A stretch of 64,000 nucleotides of DNA from Cyanophora paradoxa CCMP329 (GCA_004431415.1 QPMI01000542.1:186001-250000); one strand, 5' to 3'. Counted from the first letter of the stretch, positions 11,792 to 24,954 are shown. The notes: a model not told the origin generated them from the sequence alone. Program-made: numbers and translations.

Positions 11792-13024
11792 TCACTTCGC
11801 GCCCGCCAGGCTGCTGGAGCTCCGATATTTCTCGAGCTCCTGCTGACAGGTCGAATATTGCGCCCGCATCTCCTCCAGCTCCCGCTGAAGTCGCTTGCTG
11901 CAGACGACTGTGTTGTGCGAGCCGCTGTCACATTCATCACACCAACGAGGCTGGCCGCCCGTCTTCTGCTTCTTGCTGCTGCCGTCGAGCTCACCCCCCG
12001 AAACGCGAGAGACTGACGCGTCCGAAAATCCACTGCTGGCCCTCATGATCACCCGCTGAAGCCTCAATTCCAGCTCGTTATGGGACCGAACTCGACTGAA
12101 GAATTCGCGACCCCACTCGGCCAGATTTGTACGCGCGTCCTCCGAAATTCTGCTTGTGAGCTTGACCATCGCCGGCGAAGTGATCGCGTCCGGGGACATT
12201 AATTCCGCGATCAACATCTCGTCCGGACACGAGTCTTGCAGCTGAAGCAGGCGCCGAAATAAAACAACGTTATTGATAAGAGCCTGAGCATCCAGCTCCG
12301 TGGGGTTGTTTAGAGCTGAGAAATGCTGGCTCGCCGTCTTGATCGTATTCTTCAGCAGCTCGAATTTATTCCCAGGCACCAAGCTGATCAAATGCTCACG
12401 AATTCTTGTCCACGACGTCATATCGAATTCGCCGCCCGCCGCCTTCGACGCCATAGCACCCAGCACTGTCGCTGAGAATGCTCCAGTCAAAGCATCGCTT
12501 GCTGAGCGCTGCAGCGAAGACATTGCGAGCTCCGCTACTATCTTGTCCGGCTCCAGAAATTTCGGCGGCTGAATAAAAGTTGCCAGGCGCTCCAGCGATA
12601 CGATCCACGATAGAACGCCAGTATCTGTTAAAGCCGGAATTCTCTCCTTAAATTCTTTCAGCTCGCGGTGCCGTGTATGCATGTCCAGGTTGCTCCTCAG
12701 CGCCTCCAGCGCAGCGTCAGCTGCCGCCGCAGCTGGTTGCTGGCCCCCGATCGCGACTGGCGCCCCAGCCGCCGCTGGTGCGACCGGCGCCACTGGCGCG
12801 ACCGGCGCTGGCCCCTGAGCTGGCGCTGGCATCGCGTTTGCCGCCGGAGCGGCCGCCGCCGCGGCCGCGGGCACGGCTGCTGCATGCTCAGCTGCAGCCG
12901 CCGCCCCGGGCCCGCCACTAGCGCCCGCGCCTCCGGATCCGCCACTAGCGCCCGCGCCTCCGGATCCGCCGCTGCTCGAGCTTCCACCCCCGGATCCGGA
13001 TCCGCTTCGCGTATTCGGAGCCAT
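11792..13024 (-). CDS. Retroelement Gag-like protein (410 aa) with CCHC zinc knuckle
   Basis: Intronless ORF; CDECDSGSHNTVVC is CX2CX4HX4C; Gly/Ala/Pro-rich N-terminus including a 27-bp tandem repeat; helical core; C-terminal coiled coil. Confidence 0.8.
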   Translation of the reverse strand: MAPNTRSGSGSGGGSSSSGGSGGAGASGGSGGAGASGGPGAAAAAEHAAAVPAAAAAAAPAANAMPAPAQGPAPVAPVAPVAPAAAGAPVAIGGQQPAAAAADAALEALRSNLDMHTRHRELKEFKERIPALTDTGVLSWIVSLERLATFIQPPKFLEPDKIVAELAMSSLQRSASDALTGAFSATVLGAMASKAAGGEFDMTSWTRIREHLISLVPGNKFELLKNTIKTASQHFSALNNPTELDAQALINNVVLFRRLLQLQDSCPDEMLIAELMSPDAITSPAMVKLTSRISEDARTNLAEWGREFFSRVRSHNELELRLQRVIMRASSGFSDASVSRVSGGELDGSSKKQKTGGQPRWCDECDSGSHNTVVCSKRLQRELEEMRAQYSTCQQELEKYRSSSSLAGAK

Positions 13025-13499
13025 TCCGAACTCGAAACACGTCCGCCGCAGCAGAATTCCGCAGCGAACCGCCGAGCAGGTCCGCCCCCGGCGATCCGAC
13101 AGGTTCTAGATCTAGCGCTAGCTCTAGCGCTTCCGATTCCTCGCCCGCGCGCCACGGCGCGCGTTGATCGACGTCGACGGCGCCCCGGAGCCCGGGCCCG
13201 AGCCTCGGAGCTAGCTATAGCGCGCCCGGCGGCCCCCGCGAGCTCGGCGTCGAATCGGCGAGCTCGGCGCCCGTCGGCCGGCGATGCCACGCCTGTAGAG
13301 TGCGCTCGCGCCGCAGAATCCGATCCGGCCTGTGCCTGAGATGCGAACGCTGCGTCGAGCAGGCCCGGATCAGACACTGGTCGCGGCGCAGACGTACGCG
13401 CGCGCGTGCGCTTCCCCGACTGCGGCGCGGCGCGGCGTGATATCGATCAGCCGCGCACAACCGCGGCTCGGGACGGGCGCAAGAAGCCGGGCTTGGGGC

Positions 13500-16400
13500 G
13501 GACGAGGCCGGTGCCGGGCCCGCCCACGCGCATGAGGGCCTGCATCTGGTCCTCGATCGCCTGGTGCGCGCGGGCCGGCGCGTCAGATCGAGGCCGGGCC
13601 CAGAAGAGCCGCGGGCGGGGGGGGGGGGGGGGGGGGGGGGGGGGCGGAGGGGGGTACGTCTTCGTAGGCCCCGTCGATGTCCTCGGCCCAGTGCGTGCGG
13701 CGGATGATCGCGCGCGCCGACTCCTTCGCAGCCTGCGCGCGCGCGCAGGGCTCAGCGCGCGGCCGCGGGTTCCGGAGGGGCGCGCGCGGCCGGCTGCCCG
13801 CGCCTCGTCCAGCTTGTCGGGGGAGGAGCCGAGGGCTCCCGCCAGGCTCGTCAGCTGCTCCTCCACCGCCTGCGGATCCGGAGGGCGGTCAGCTGCAGAG
13901 AGAAAGAGAGGCCCGAGGTCGAGAGAGAGGGCGCGCCGCGTCGTATGTGCCGGCGATCTCGCCGGCCCAGTGCGTGCGGCGGAGGATGCCCCGCGCCGCG
14001 TCCGCCTGCTCCTGCGCTCGCTCGCCTCAGCGATCGGCTCGCGATTGCGATCGGCCGGCGCGGGCCGGGACTCGCCGGCTTGACCTCGCCGGAGCCGAAG
14101 AGGGCCGTGAGCGCCTGCAGCTGCTCCTCGACCGCCTGCACCGGCGGTCAGCTCCGAGCTAAAGAATTCGAAGGGCCGAGCTGCAAAGTTCGGAGGCGCG
14201 CGCGCATGCGCACCGCGTCGTAGGAGGCGGCGATCTGGTCCGCCCAGTGCGCGCGGCGCGCGGCCTCCTGCGCCTCCGCCAGCGCCTCGACCGCGCTCGG
14301 CTGCTCCTGCTTCTCGCCCGCGGCCGGCCTCCGCCGCGCCGCCTCGAAGCCGGCCCTGTACGCCGCGAGGGCCTCCTCCGGGCCCGCCCTGGAGAGCTCG
14401 CCGGCGCCGGCGGCGAGGCCGTCCGCCATGCCGCGCTGGAACTCGTCGAACGAGCTCGAGCCGACCGAGAATGCCGCGCGGGCCTTCTCCGTCTCGGGGC
14501 TCAGGTCCACGGCGACGGCCGCTGGGAAGCCGGCGCCGAACCCCGCGCGGGCCGAGGCGACGTCGATGGCGGCGAAGGAGGGTGCGGGAGGCCGCGGCGG
14601 TAGGAGGCGCCGGCGCGCAGGGCGACGGTGGCGGGCCGAAGCCGGCCGCGTACGCGTCGGGGGCGAAGAGGCCGGCGAGGGGCACGAGCCCCGCGTCGCC
14701 GCCGGCCGCGCGGGCGGCGTCCTCGAAGGATTTCAGGGCCAGCCGGCCCCGCAGGGAGCCGGCGTTGTAGGAGCTCGGGAGGAGCGAGCGGCCGCCGAGG
14801 GCGCCGAGGCCGTGCCCGAAGCCGCGGCGGAACGAGGCGGCGGCGACGGCGCCCAGGTCCGCGCGCCACGTCACGGGCGAGTCGTTGGTCGCGTAGGGGA
14901 GGACGGTGGCCTTGGACCAGGAGGAGGGCGGCGCGTCGGCGGCCCCCGGGGCGGAGAGGTACGTCTCCTTGTAGGCCCGCGCGAAGAGCTGCCGCTCGAC
15001 TTTGGAGCCGGCCGCGTAGCCCGCCTCGAAGCTCGCCTCGCCGGCCTGCGCGCACGCCGCCGCCCCTCAGAGGGGGGCGGCGCAGTCGACGTCCGCGTCC
15101 GCGTCTGCATGCACCTGGCTGAGCGCGTAGTCGGCGCCGGCGTCTGCGAGGAGGAGGAGGGCGCGGGCGCGGCGCCGCTCGAGATCGACGTACGCGTCGC
15201 CGGCGTCGAGGGCGACCTCGTGGATGGCCGCGTGGCCCTCGTGGAGGCTCAGGTCGTACTGCGCCCCGGAGGCGTCCTGGCACGTCGCGTCGTCAAAGGC
15301 CCAGCGCCCTGCACGGCCGCGAGGCGGTGAGGCCCGAGGGGCTGGACGAAACGCTGGGAGGCCTAGGGGCAGCGCGGGGTCGGCACCGGAGGCGGAGCAC
15401 TTCTCCTTGCCCGCCGTGTCGTCAAAGAGGTGCCAGCGGCCTGCGGGGCGTCAACGAGGGGGGAGGGGAGGGGGAAGCGAGCTCGAGGGAGGTACCGGAG
15501 CCAGAGAAGCCGTCCGTAGAGCCGATGCGGGCCGCATAACCCGGCGGCCGCTTGACCCGGTGCTTGCGGCCGTTTACCCCGCCCGTGCCGACCAGCAGGC
15601 CGCGGCGGCCCTGCGCCTGGCCGCTGGACGTGTCGAGCCCGCGGCCGTCGTCGAACGTGTAGCGCGACCCGCCGCCCACGGGCGGCCTGCGGTCGCCGCG
15701 CCGTCAGAGGAGGCGTCGGAGCGGAATCCAACATCGAATCGGGCGAGGGAGGGGGGGACCGGTAGCTGGCAAGGACGCCTGCGCGGCAGGCGGCCGCGAA
15801 GGCCGCCGCGACCGTCCCCGGGTCCGCCTTCATCGCCGCCTCCAGGGCCTGGGACGGGTACCGCTCAGGCTAGGGGGGTACCGATCTAGAGGGGGCCGCG
15901 CCTGGTCGCAGAGGGCGCCGGCCTCGCCGCCCGCCCGGCGCCCCGCCTCGAGACCTGCCCAGTACCTGCGGAGCGGCTCAAGCTCAAGAGGCTCGAAGTC
16001 CCCGGGCCGGGGGAGCGCGCGGGGCGGGGCGGACCAGCCCTCGTCCTGCTCGTCCATGCGGCGCCACGACTCGACGCCCCCGCTGTACGCGCTGCGCCGG
16101 CCGCGGGTCGGCCGAGGGCCGGGCGGCGCGCGGGGCGGGGCGCCGGTCACCTCTTCTGGACGGCCGGGTCCTTCTTGTACGCCCGGGCGCCGTCCTCGTA
16201 CCCCCCGCGGTAGGACGACGTCGCGTCCGCAGGCTGCCGCAATTCAAAGCGCGCTCCGAAATTCGGAGGACTGACTGCAGCTGCGCACGACGGGCGGGGG
16301 GGCGGGCTGGGCGCCCGCCACGAATCCGGCGACGTAGTCCTTGAAGATCGGCTGCGCAAGTTAAGCCGTCAGACGTTAAAGTTTATATCGATCGGCGACG

Positions 16401-19400
16401 TTTATAGCCTCGCGGCCGGCGCCGGCGCACCGCGTCCGGATCCAGGCCCGACCACGCGTCGTCGAAGCCGCGCGCGAAGCTCGCCTCGTCGAAGAGGCGG
16501 CCCTCCTCGTCCCCGCCGGCCCGCACCACCTCCCCCGACCCGCGGCCGAAGAGGCGGAACGCAGGCTCTGCCTTGGGCTCCGGCGCCGTCCCCGGCGGCT
16601 GGACGAAGGGCTCCTTGGCCGCCGCCGTGAGCGCGCGGTCGCGCCTCGCGTCCCGCACGCGCGCCGCCGCCGTCGCCTCGCCCGTCAGCGGGTCGACGCG
16701 GACGCGCCACGCCGTCCCGTGGCCCGTGCAGTTCTTCGGGCAGTAGGGCCCGCCGTTCCCAGCCGTGTACGCGAGGCGGGCGGCCGAGGCGGCCGACTTG
16801 TCCTGCCCGAAAATCAAACCGGTACCCCTCAGAAAAGCCCCGCTGAAGGAGGGAGGGAGGGGGGGGCCGCGGACCGCCCCGGCGAGGATGGCGGCGTTGG
16901 CGAGGGGCGCGAGGGAGGCCGCGGGCTTCGAGCCGCTCGCCGCGACGCAGGCGTCCTCGGAGCAGTCGGGGCCGGAGAAGGGCGGGATGGTGCCCCCGGG
17001 CTTCGGCTTCCGGGGGGCGCCGGACGCGCAGGCGCTTCGCATGTGCGTGTTGTCGCTGCGCGCTCGTGTCAGGGGGAGCGAGGACTTCAGCGGGAGAAGC
17101 TTTAGCTCACATGAACTCGGCGCGTCCGTCCGTCTTAAGGCGGTAGGCGCCGACCGGGCCGGCGTGCCAGGTGCCGTCGCTGGCCCCGCGTCAGGCCCGC
17201 AATCGCTTATATTAATTAAGAGCGGAGATTTAGAGCGCACGCGATATTCCAGTCGACGGGGGGGCAGGCGGTCCAGGCGGAGCCGGCGTGGAACGAGGAG
17301 CCGGAGCGTACCCCCCCCACGCCCGCCTCGCCGCAGGCGCCGGTCGACCCTCCCGCGCAGCTCGTCGCGTAGCTCTCCAGAACCGACTCGGCGCTCGTCT
17401 GGCGGCGCTTAAGCTTCAGCCTAGGCCTCGGTCTCGGGCGCGCGAGGCCGGGCGGGAGGTTTAGTTTCGCACGCGGAGGGACTCGCGGACGGCGGCGACG
17501 CCGCCCTCGGAGGTCGGCGCGTGGCAGACCTGGCCGGGCCCGGGCCCGTCAGTTGCGCGGCCGCTGCGGATCGAGCCGGGCCGCACCTCGAGCACGCTGC
17601 CGGCGGGGGCGAGGGCGGGGGCCCCCCACGCCTTGGTCGCGTGGTCGAGCTCCGCCTTGCACCAGACGCGGTTGGCGGGCGGCTTGCCCGCGGCCGCCTG
17701 CGCGAAGAAGCGCGACGCGGGCGTCTCCGACGCCGACGGGCGCGGGAAGGCCTTCGGCAGCTCGGCGCTGCCGGCCTGGCATATGCATGGCCCGCCCCTC
17801 GGCTCAGAATGCATTGCAAGAGGAGGAAAATAATTTAAAGGGGGGTACCTTGATGTAGCGCGGCTGCGAGCGCGGATTGCCCTCCGCGTCCTGCGGGGCT
17901 CGTCAGGGAGCGGCCGGCCTATTTTCAGAACCGGGGAGGGGGGTACCAGGACGAAGACGCGCTGCACGGAGCCGGAGACGCACGTCTCGGTCACCTCGTC
18001 CCCCTTCTGCGGGCCCTCCGGATCGATTCCCGGATCCGGAGGGTCGGGTTTGGGCGGCCTTCGCGCACGGCGGTCTGGGAGCAGGAGGCGGCGGCGACGC
18101 GGGCGAAGCCGGAGGCGAGGAGCGCCTCTTCGGCGGGCGTCAGCCTGCGCCCGCCGACGATCTTTCGCGGGGCGGAGTAGGCCCTCTCCAGCTCGGCGTC
18201 GCTCGCAGGGGCCTGCCGAGGCTCTCTAGGATCGAGGGGGGTACGGTCGCGGATCGGATCGAGGGGGGTACGCATGCGCACGGCGGGGAGGGGCCGCCCG
18301 TCGATCACGACGCGCGCGTCGCTGGACGGCTCTCCCACGGGCTGCTTCTCGCTCGCGATGCCCTCCTTCTGCGGGGGGTACTCGGTGACTCGAACTCACG
18401 GCGGGCGCGGGCGGTCCGCGCAGAGATCTAGACGCGCACGATGGCGCCGGTGTTGCTGGTGCTGTTCAGGGAGTGGACGGCGATCCCGGGGGCGCCCGCC
18501 TCGCGGCTCTGCGTCGCCAAGGGTCGGCGGCCGTAGGATCCGGAGAGGAGGAGAGGAGAGGAGGGCATGGACGGACGAAGCTGCGGGCGCGGAAGCGCGG
18601 GGACCCGGCGGTGGCGAAGCCGCGAACGGGGGCGGCGTCCGGCACGCAGGCCTCCACCACCTCCGCCTCGCTCTGCGGCCCGCGGCCCGTCGAGCTCGAG
18701 TCAGCCCGTCGAAATCACTCGGCAAAGAGCTAGAAGAGGGGTACAGGTACGTACGGCGTAGAGGTAGCAGGAGGAGGTGGGGGCCGCCCCTTTGTACCAG
18801 GCAGGAGAGAAGTCGCCGGGGCGCTGCGGCCGGCCTCGAGCTCAGGGCGGATCCGGAGCCGGCCCGGCTAAAACTAGAGCGGAAGGGGACCTGGGGTACG
18901 AAGTGGCGGACGTCGAGGACGTTCCCGTCGTCGTCCTGCGGGGTACGGGTGCGCGCTCGATCTAAATTTAGACGGGAGCGGAAATTAAAGGAGGCGCACG
19001 CGGCGCGTGTAGGAGCGGGAGAGGATGCGGCCCGACGCGTCCTGCCCCGAGACGGAGGTCAGGCCGGATCAAATTCGAACCTCAACGGGCAATATTAATA
19101 TTGATCGCAATCCGCGTACCCGCTCGGTGTAGCGCTGGAGGTTGCGGCGGGGGCACGCGGGGTCCTCGAGCTTGCAGCCCGCCGCCGGGAGCCACGCGAG
19201 GCACGTCTCGCCCCACACCGTCTGCTCGCCCTTCTCGCCCGCCCCCTGCTCCGATCCGCCCTCAGGTCGACCTCGATCCCCCTCCGCCGGATTCGAACCC
19301 GCGCGCGCACCCGCTCTTCGGCGTAGCAGGGGAAGGCGCCGGCGGGGGCCGAGAGCGCCGCCGCGTAGAACTGGTCGACCACGCCGCCCTCGTCCTGCGG

Positions 19401-20761
19401 ATTCGAGGCCGCGAGCCTGAGGCTAGGACACGAGGTACAAAGTACTTCGCGCGGATTCGAACCCGCTGGGAGAAGAAGGTGGCGACGTCGAACTGGAGGC
19501 CCTCGGCGGTGCGGGCCGCGCAGCCGGCCTTGAGCAGCTCGCTCTGGCCCGCCCGAAGCTCCTTCGCGTCGGGCTTGTCGAACGGGAGGAAGGCCTGCCC
19601 GCGGATCAGTCTTCCCTCTCATGATCAGAGTCTCAGAGTCTCGCGCGCGGACCGAGAAGGTGCAGGCGGTTTCGTTGGGGAGCTTCCCCGGAGGCATGAT
19701 CGCCACCTCCATGCGGACGTACGCCGCGGCGCTGCGCGCGGGGGGGGTCAAGGGCGCCAAGGGGGGGGCGGCCGCGGATCGAATCCGACGGGGCCCGGCC
19801 CGGGGGCGCACGCGGCCTCGTCGGTGGTGCCGGAGGGGCCGGCGCTCGGGCCGACGAGGCTGTCGCCACTGTGGAGGATCTCGTCGGTGGTGCCAGAGGG
19901 GCCGGCGTCTCTGACTGGAGCGTCCCCGTAGCGCGTCCTGCGCGTCGCGCGCGCGGAATAATTAAGCTTAAGGATCGTCGGACGAGCGTCGGACAATTAA
20001 GAGGCGGGCGGACAGGAAGCGGAGGGCGATGGGGGCGGTCGGGTCGGCGACGACCGGGGCGACCTCGGCGACGGCCTCGGCGCGGAACGGCGCCCCGGCG
20101 CAGATGAGGCCGCCGGCCGGCCCCGGCCCGCCGTAGGCGCCGGCGGGCGCGAGGGCGCGCGGGTAGCCGCACTGCGGCGCGACGAAAAGGGCGGCGGAGG
20201 CGCCCGCGTCGTCGTTGACGATGAGCGGCTCGGTGGGGAGGCTCGAGCCCAGCAGGTCAAGCGCCGCCTCGCCCGGGGCGCCCTTCGGGCCGATGAACGC
20301 GGTCACTGCGCCGCTCTGCGGTCTCGCGATCAGCGGCATGAGATCTGAGGGTCCGGAGCATGCACCTCCCTGTCGAACTGAAGGCCGACGCGCACGCACG
20401 CGCCGTTGGCGTTGCAGAGTTCGAGGGGGGCGGCCGGCTCCCCCGCCAGCGTCGCGTTGAGGAGGCGGAGGAAGTCGTCGGAGCGGGTGTCGAAGGGGGG
20501 CGCCTGGAAGGCAAGTGCGGCCGAGGCCGGGCAGCCGACGAGGCCCGGGAACGAGCCGGCGCAGGCCCCCTGGGCCGCCCCGCTCGAGACGAGGCCGCCC
20601 CTGAAGCCCGCGCAGCCTTCGCGCATGCCTTTGAAGGCCCCCGGCAAGCTTGCCGGCTTGAAGTTCGTCGGCTTGGGCTTCTTGCACTCCGCCGCACTCG
20701 CAGTGGCCAGCGCCGCGCACAGGACGAGGAGCACGGCTGCGGTGTGGAGGTGAGCTGTCAT
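13500..20761 (-). CDS. Large multi-exon secreted protein of unknown function (may be more than one gene; 3' end uncertain)
   Basis: ATG at 20761 with signal peptide MTAHLHTAAVLLVLCAALATASA; continuous chain of GC3-rich exons and short introns; Cys-containing N-terminal half; C-terminal (F/Y)xxG(F/Y)xxG motifs and three RRxHWAxxIxxxY(D/E) repeats. Confidence 0.55.
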
Positions 20762-22136
20762 GCGCACGCGAGTCCGGCTCCGGGAATCCGGGATCCAGGG
20801 ATCCGGGCGGGCTTAGGAACCGGAAAAGGGGGAACGAGAGGCTGCAAGCAGCGGGTTTAGGGCGGCTTTAAGCGCGGGCTGGAACGCCGGGGGCGGGGCG
20901 TTCCGGATCCTCAGGGCCTGTCTCGGTGCGCATGGGCGTCCGGGCGCGGGCGTGCGCGTACCGGCGAACGAGCAGATGCACAGCGACGGACGCGCCGCAG
21001 AGCAGCCTCTTCCGCCCGCCATGGCGGCTGCGCGTTGCAGCTGCTTGAACGGAGGCGTCGGAACGCCGCGCGCGTCGGCGAGCCTCGGATGCGGCGGCTG
21101 TCCGAAGGTCGGAGATCGTACACAAGTTCAGAAAGCTTGGTAGCTGGTCACGGCGAGGGCGCAGCGCCGCGGAGAGCTCTTTCCGAAGTTCTGACGTCGG
21201 CGCTGCTGCTTCTCGCTGCCAGCCTGTGCCAGCTAGCTACCGGTACCGGTATAGCTGGGCGACGCGTGTTCCGACGTCGATGGGGGACCGGTGTTCGACA
21301 ATCGATATCCTCGTCCGTTTTGGATAAATGATCGCGATATCACCCATGAATCCGTTCTTGCCGCTTCTCTCGAAGTCGATTGTCCGATCCATTATTGCTC
21401 CGAGCTCGATCAGGAGGGGAGGGCGCCGGGGACGGTTACCGCATTCCCGCCATGGCCAGCTTCGGCCTCGAATCCGGCCTGCCGAGGGCGCGCCCCGCGA
21501 GCTCGCACCGACCGCAGCAGACGCTGCGGATCCCCATTATCACCGCCCCGCGGCCGACGCGCTCCGGCGCTGTGCGGTGTAGATAAGGCTTTCGGAGGCC
21601 GTGCCGCATAGCGCAGCATTCGCAGATGGGCTAGTGCAACAGCGGCCGCGTACGGATGGAATCCCGGCGCCAGCACGCCTGCACGCGGGCCAGACCGTCC
21701 TTCTCGACGTGCCCATGGACTTCGCGCAGCCCGTGCCGCTCACCGAGCAGCGGCAGCAGAAGCCGGGCGCGGGATACACGTACACGCACGCCGGACACAC
21801 GCACGACGGGAACGTGCGAGCGCATCACCACCGACCGAACTACCGCACCGCTTCCAACGCCCGGAAGCTCGAGCGCCAAAAGACAGCACGCCGGCCGCGG
21901 AACGACCGGCGGATCGCACGCGCGGCGCGGCGCGGCGCGCGCAGGAGGAGGTCGAAGCGGACCCGCACAAGCACCCGTCGAAGCGGACCCGCACCGCCAA
22001 CGCGCACTGCACCGCCATATGCATCAGCTGCAGGGAAGGTGCGTTTTCGGAGGGCCGCGCGTCGCCGGTAGCGGAAGCCGGCTCACGCGGGCGCCCAGAG
22101 GAGACGCACGGGCGGGATCTCGGGCCCTCGGCGGGC

Positions 22137-23835
22137 GTGAGGACGATCCGCGTCTTCGTCTCGAGCACATTCAAGGACGGGCACGCCGAGCGGGACGCGG
22201 TACCAGTCAACCACAGCGCCGTACCCCGGCTCCGCCTGGTCCGCCCCGTCCGCCGGAACGTTCCGCCGCGCCGCTGAGAGCGACCGCAGGCCCTCGCCGG
22301 CCGCGGCCTCTTCTTGAACGTCGTCGTCCTCCGATGGGCGCGCCCGGCGCCCCGCCGCCCGCCTCGTACCCCCCTCGCTGCCCTCGCTGAGGCCCTCCCC
22401 CCGCAGGGCATCGCGGAGGGGGCGGCGGAGAGCGGCGACGTCGTGCGCATGTGCCCCGCGTACCCCTCCGACCGGGGTACAGAGTCTGACCCCCCTCCGC
22501 AGCTTCTTGAAGTGGGGGACCGCAGCCCGAGGGGGGACCCGAGGAAGCGTACCCCCACGCCTGCGTGACTGAGCTCGAGATCCTCCTGGGAGCCTTCGTC
22601 GACCCCGCGGTATTCCCGGCTTCGACGTACCCCCGTGCTCTTGTTGCGACGTACCCCCGCAGGGCCGCGAGCGGGTCCGGAGGGGTACGAGCAAGCTCTA
22701 CTTCGTGGCGCCAGCGTCTCTGGCTGGAGGAGGCGCGCCTCTCCCGCGAGGCCTTCGCCTCCGCCCGCCGCCGCGTCTACGTCCATGTAGGTACACCCTC
22801 CCTCCGAGAATAGATCCGAAGGCCGAGCGGGGGGTAGAGGTGCAGGGTGCCTTCGCCCCCCTGGACGTGCCTCCTCGTCACCGGCCCCTCTGGGACGGGT
22901 ACGCCCTCTCTTCCACTCTCGCATTCTTCTTCTGAGCCGAACTCACGCCCCTGCAGGCAAGAGCGGTCCGCCCCGTCCCCTCCTTCCACTCCGCCTCTAA
23001 ACCCGCGGTAGCCTTGCTGGCGAACTGGGCGGGGAGCTGGGCGCGCCGGTACCCCCCGCGACGCCCTCATCCTCCACTTCGTCGGCGGCTCCGCGCGCTC
23101 CGCCCGCCTCTCCAACCTCGTCCAGTACCCCCCCCCCGCGTCCTCCACGAGATGGGTACGCCGCTTTCCCCTTCGATTTCCGTACCACTGCCTAACTCTT
23201 GGCCCTAACTCAGGGCGGCTGCGAAAGGCGGCGCCCTCCTGCGGCTGCAGGGTTCGGTCGGGCCCCGCGGCCCTCGGCTGTCCGCCCGCTCCCGACCGAA
23301 CCCCTCCGCAGTCGCTGACACTCCGAAACCAGAGGCGGCGAACGGCCCGGCGGACCCGTACGAGGACTTGGGGGAGTACGGGCGCGCCGCGCGGCTCTAC
23401 GGCGAGGCCCTACAGGCGCGGCCGTACCCCCCCCTTCGATTCCGTACCCCCCTGATCCCTCGGGGGCAGGCGCGGGAGCGGGGGCGAGGCGGAGCCTCCT
23501 CTCAGGTCCCTCCCCCCCTTCCCCCGAGCCGCCGCCGTTCGCCCCGAATCTAGATCTCAGGGCGGCCTCAGGTCGCGGAGACGCTGCACGACACGGCGCG
23601 CCTCCACTTCAAGAGGCCGAGTCCCTCTTCCGGGTACGCCGCTCGCCCCGGGATCACCGTACCCGGCCCGAAAGGGCAGCAGAGGGCCCTCGGCTTGCGC
23701 GAGGCGGCGCTCGGGCCGGCGCACCCGGACGGTGCTCTAACCCCCTCCGAATCCCGTACCCCCTCTTAAACACGTACCCCAGTCGCGGAGACGCTGCTGG
23801 CGCTGGCGGAGCGCCTGGAGGCCGAGCCCGAGCTC
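22137..23835 (+). pseudogene. DUF4062 - P-loop (NACHT/STAND-like) - TPR gene remnant, NPHP3/NLR-like
   Basis: IRVFVSSTFKDGHAERD, GLFLNVVVLRW, VTELEI, spliced Walker A VTGPSGTGKSALLANW, ILHFVG, then TPR peptides LGEYGRAARLYGEAL, VAETLHDTARL and REAALGPAHPD; most of the NTPase domain is missing. Confidence 0.75.
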
Positions 23836-23857
23836 CTACCCCTCTCTTTGAGTGCCG

Positions 23858-24850
23858 ATGGGCGGGCACACGGACTTTGTCCTCGCCCTCGCCCGCTCCG
23901 ACGCGACGGAGACGCTGTTCTCCTCCTCCCAGGACTCCACCATCAAGGTACCCCCCATGCCCCGCCCGACCCTCGGCGCCGCTGACGGGCCCGCAGGTGT
24001 GGGACCTGATGCGATGCGAGGAGTTGGGCATGCTGCGGGGCCACAACGGCTTCGTGCGCTGCGTCTCCGTCACCCCCGACGGGCGGTACCTCTTCTCCGG
24101 TGCGGCCCCGTACCCCGCTCTCCACTCCGACTCTGTACACATCGTCTGTCTCAGGGGCGCAAGACTCGACGATCCGGATGTAGGACACGCGGAGCAACGC
24201 CTGCATCAAGGTCCTGCAGGTGCCGTACCTCCTGCAGCCCCGGCGCCTGTACCCCCTCGAGCGCGGGGCGCAGGGCCACCAGCGGGAGATCTACTCGATC
24301 GTGGCGCACAACAACATGATCTTCTCCGGCTCCGAGGACAACACGGTACCCCCTCATCCCCGCATGAAGCTGTACCTCCGGCTTATCTCTTACGCCCCAG
24401 GTCCGGGTCTGGTCACAGGCCTGAACGGCTTCCAGGCTACCCGCTCCCGCATGGCCGCCCACGCCGACTGGATCTCGTGCGCCCGCCCCGCGCCCCTCCC
24501 CGGCCCCCGTACCCCCCGCCGACGCCTTCCCCCCCGCCAGGTCGCTGCTGGTGGCCGCCGAGCCGCGCCTTCTCATCTCCGCCTCCCGCGACTCCACGAT
24601 CAAGGTACCCCCCGCCCCGTGCTTCCTGTACCCCTCCCCCTCACGTCCTCGCAGGCGAGGGACCTTGACGCGTTCATCGACGTTCCGGCCTCTCTGGGCG
24701 AACACAAGGGCCCCGCTACCCCTGCCCTGCCCGGCCTTCGCCGTACCCTCTCGCCGATCCCGTACCTCCCCCCCATTGAACTCGATCGTGCTGTCGCGGA
24801 ACCGCCTCCTCTCGAGCTCCTGCTTCAATGACCGGACCATTAAGGTGCAC
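23858..24850 (+). pseudogene. WD40 fragment (paralogue of the 49750-51353 kinesin-tail WD40 region), disrupted
   Basis: MGGHTDFVLAL..FSSSQDSTIK; TGG>TAG at 24181; internal deletion at about 24420. Confidence 0.85.
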
Positions 24851-24954
24851 AACCCGGGCCGCGCCTGACTCTTGAGAGCCCGGCCCTCCGCCGGCCACTG
24901 CGCCGCGGGCGGCTGCCCAGCCACTTAGTACTAGTTTTGTGCTGTACTAGTAAC

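Noticed and set aside
13617-13644. Long poly-G tract
   Set aside because: Intronic C-run typical of this genome's introns; length unreliable.
20870-22080. Coding-like sequence upstream of DUF4062
   Set aside because: No consistent frame or recognisable domain could be supported.
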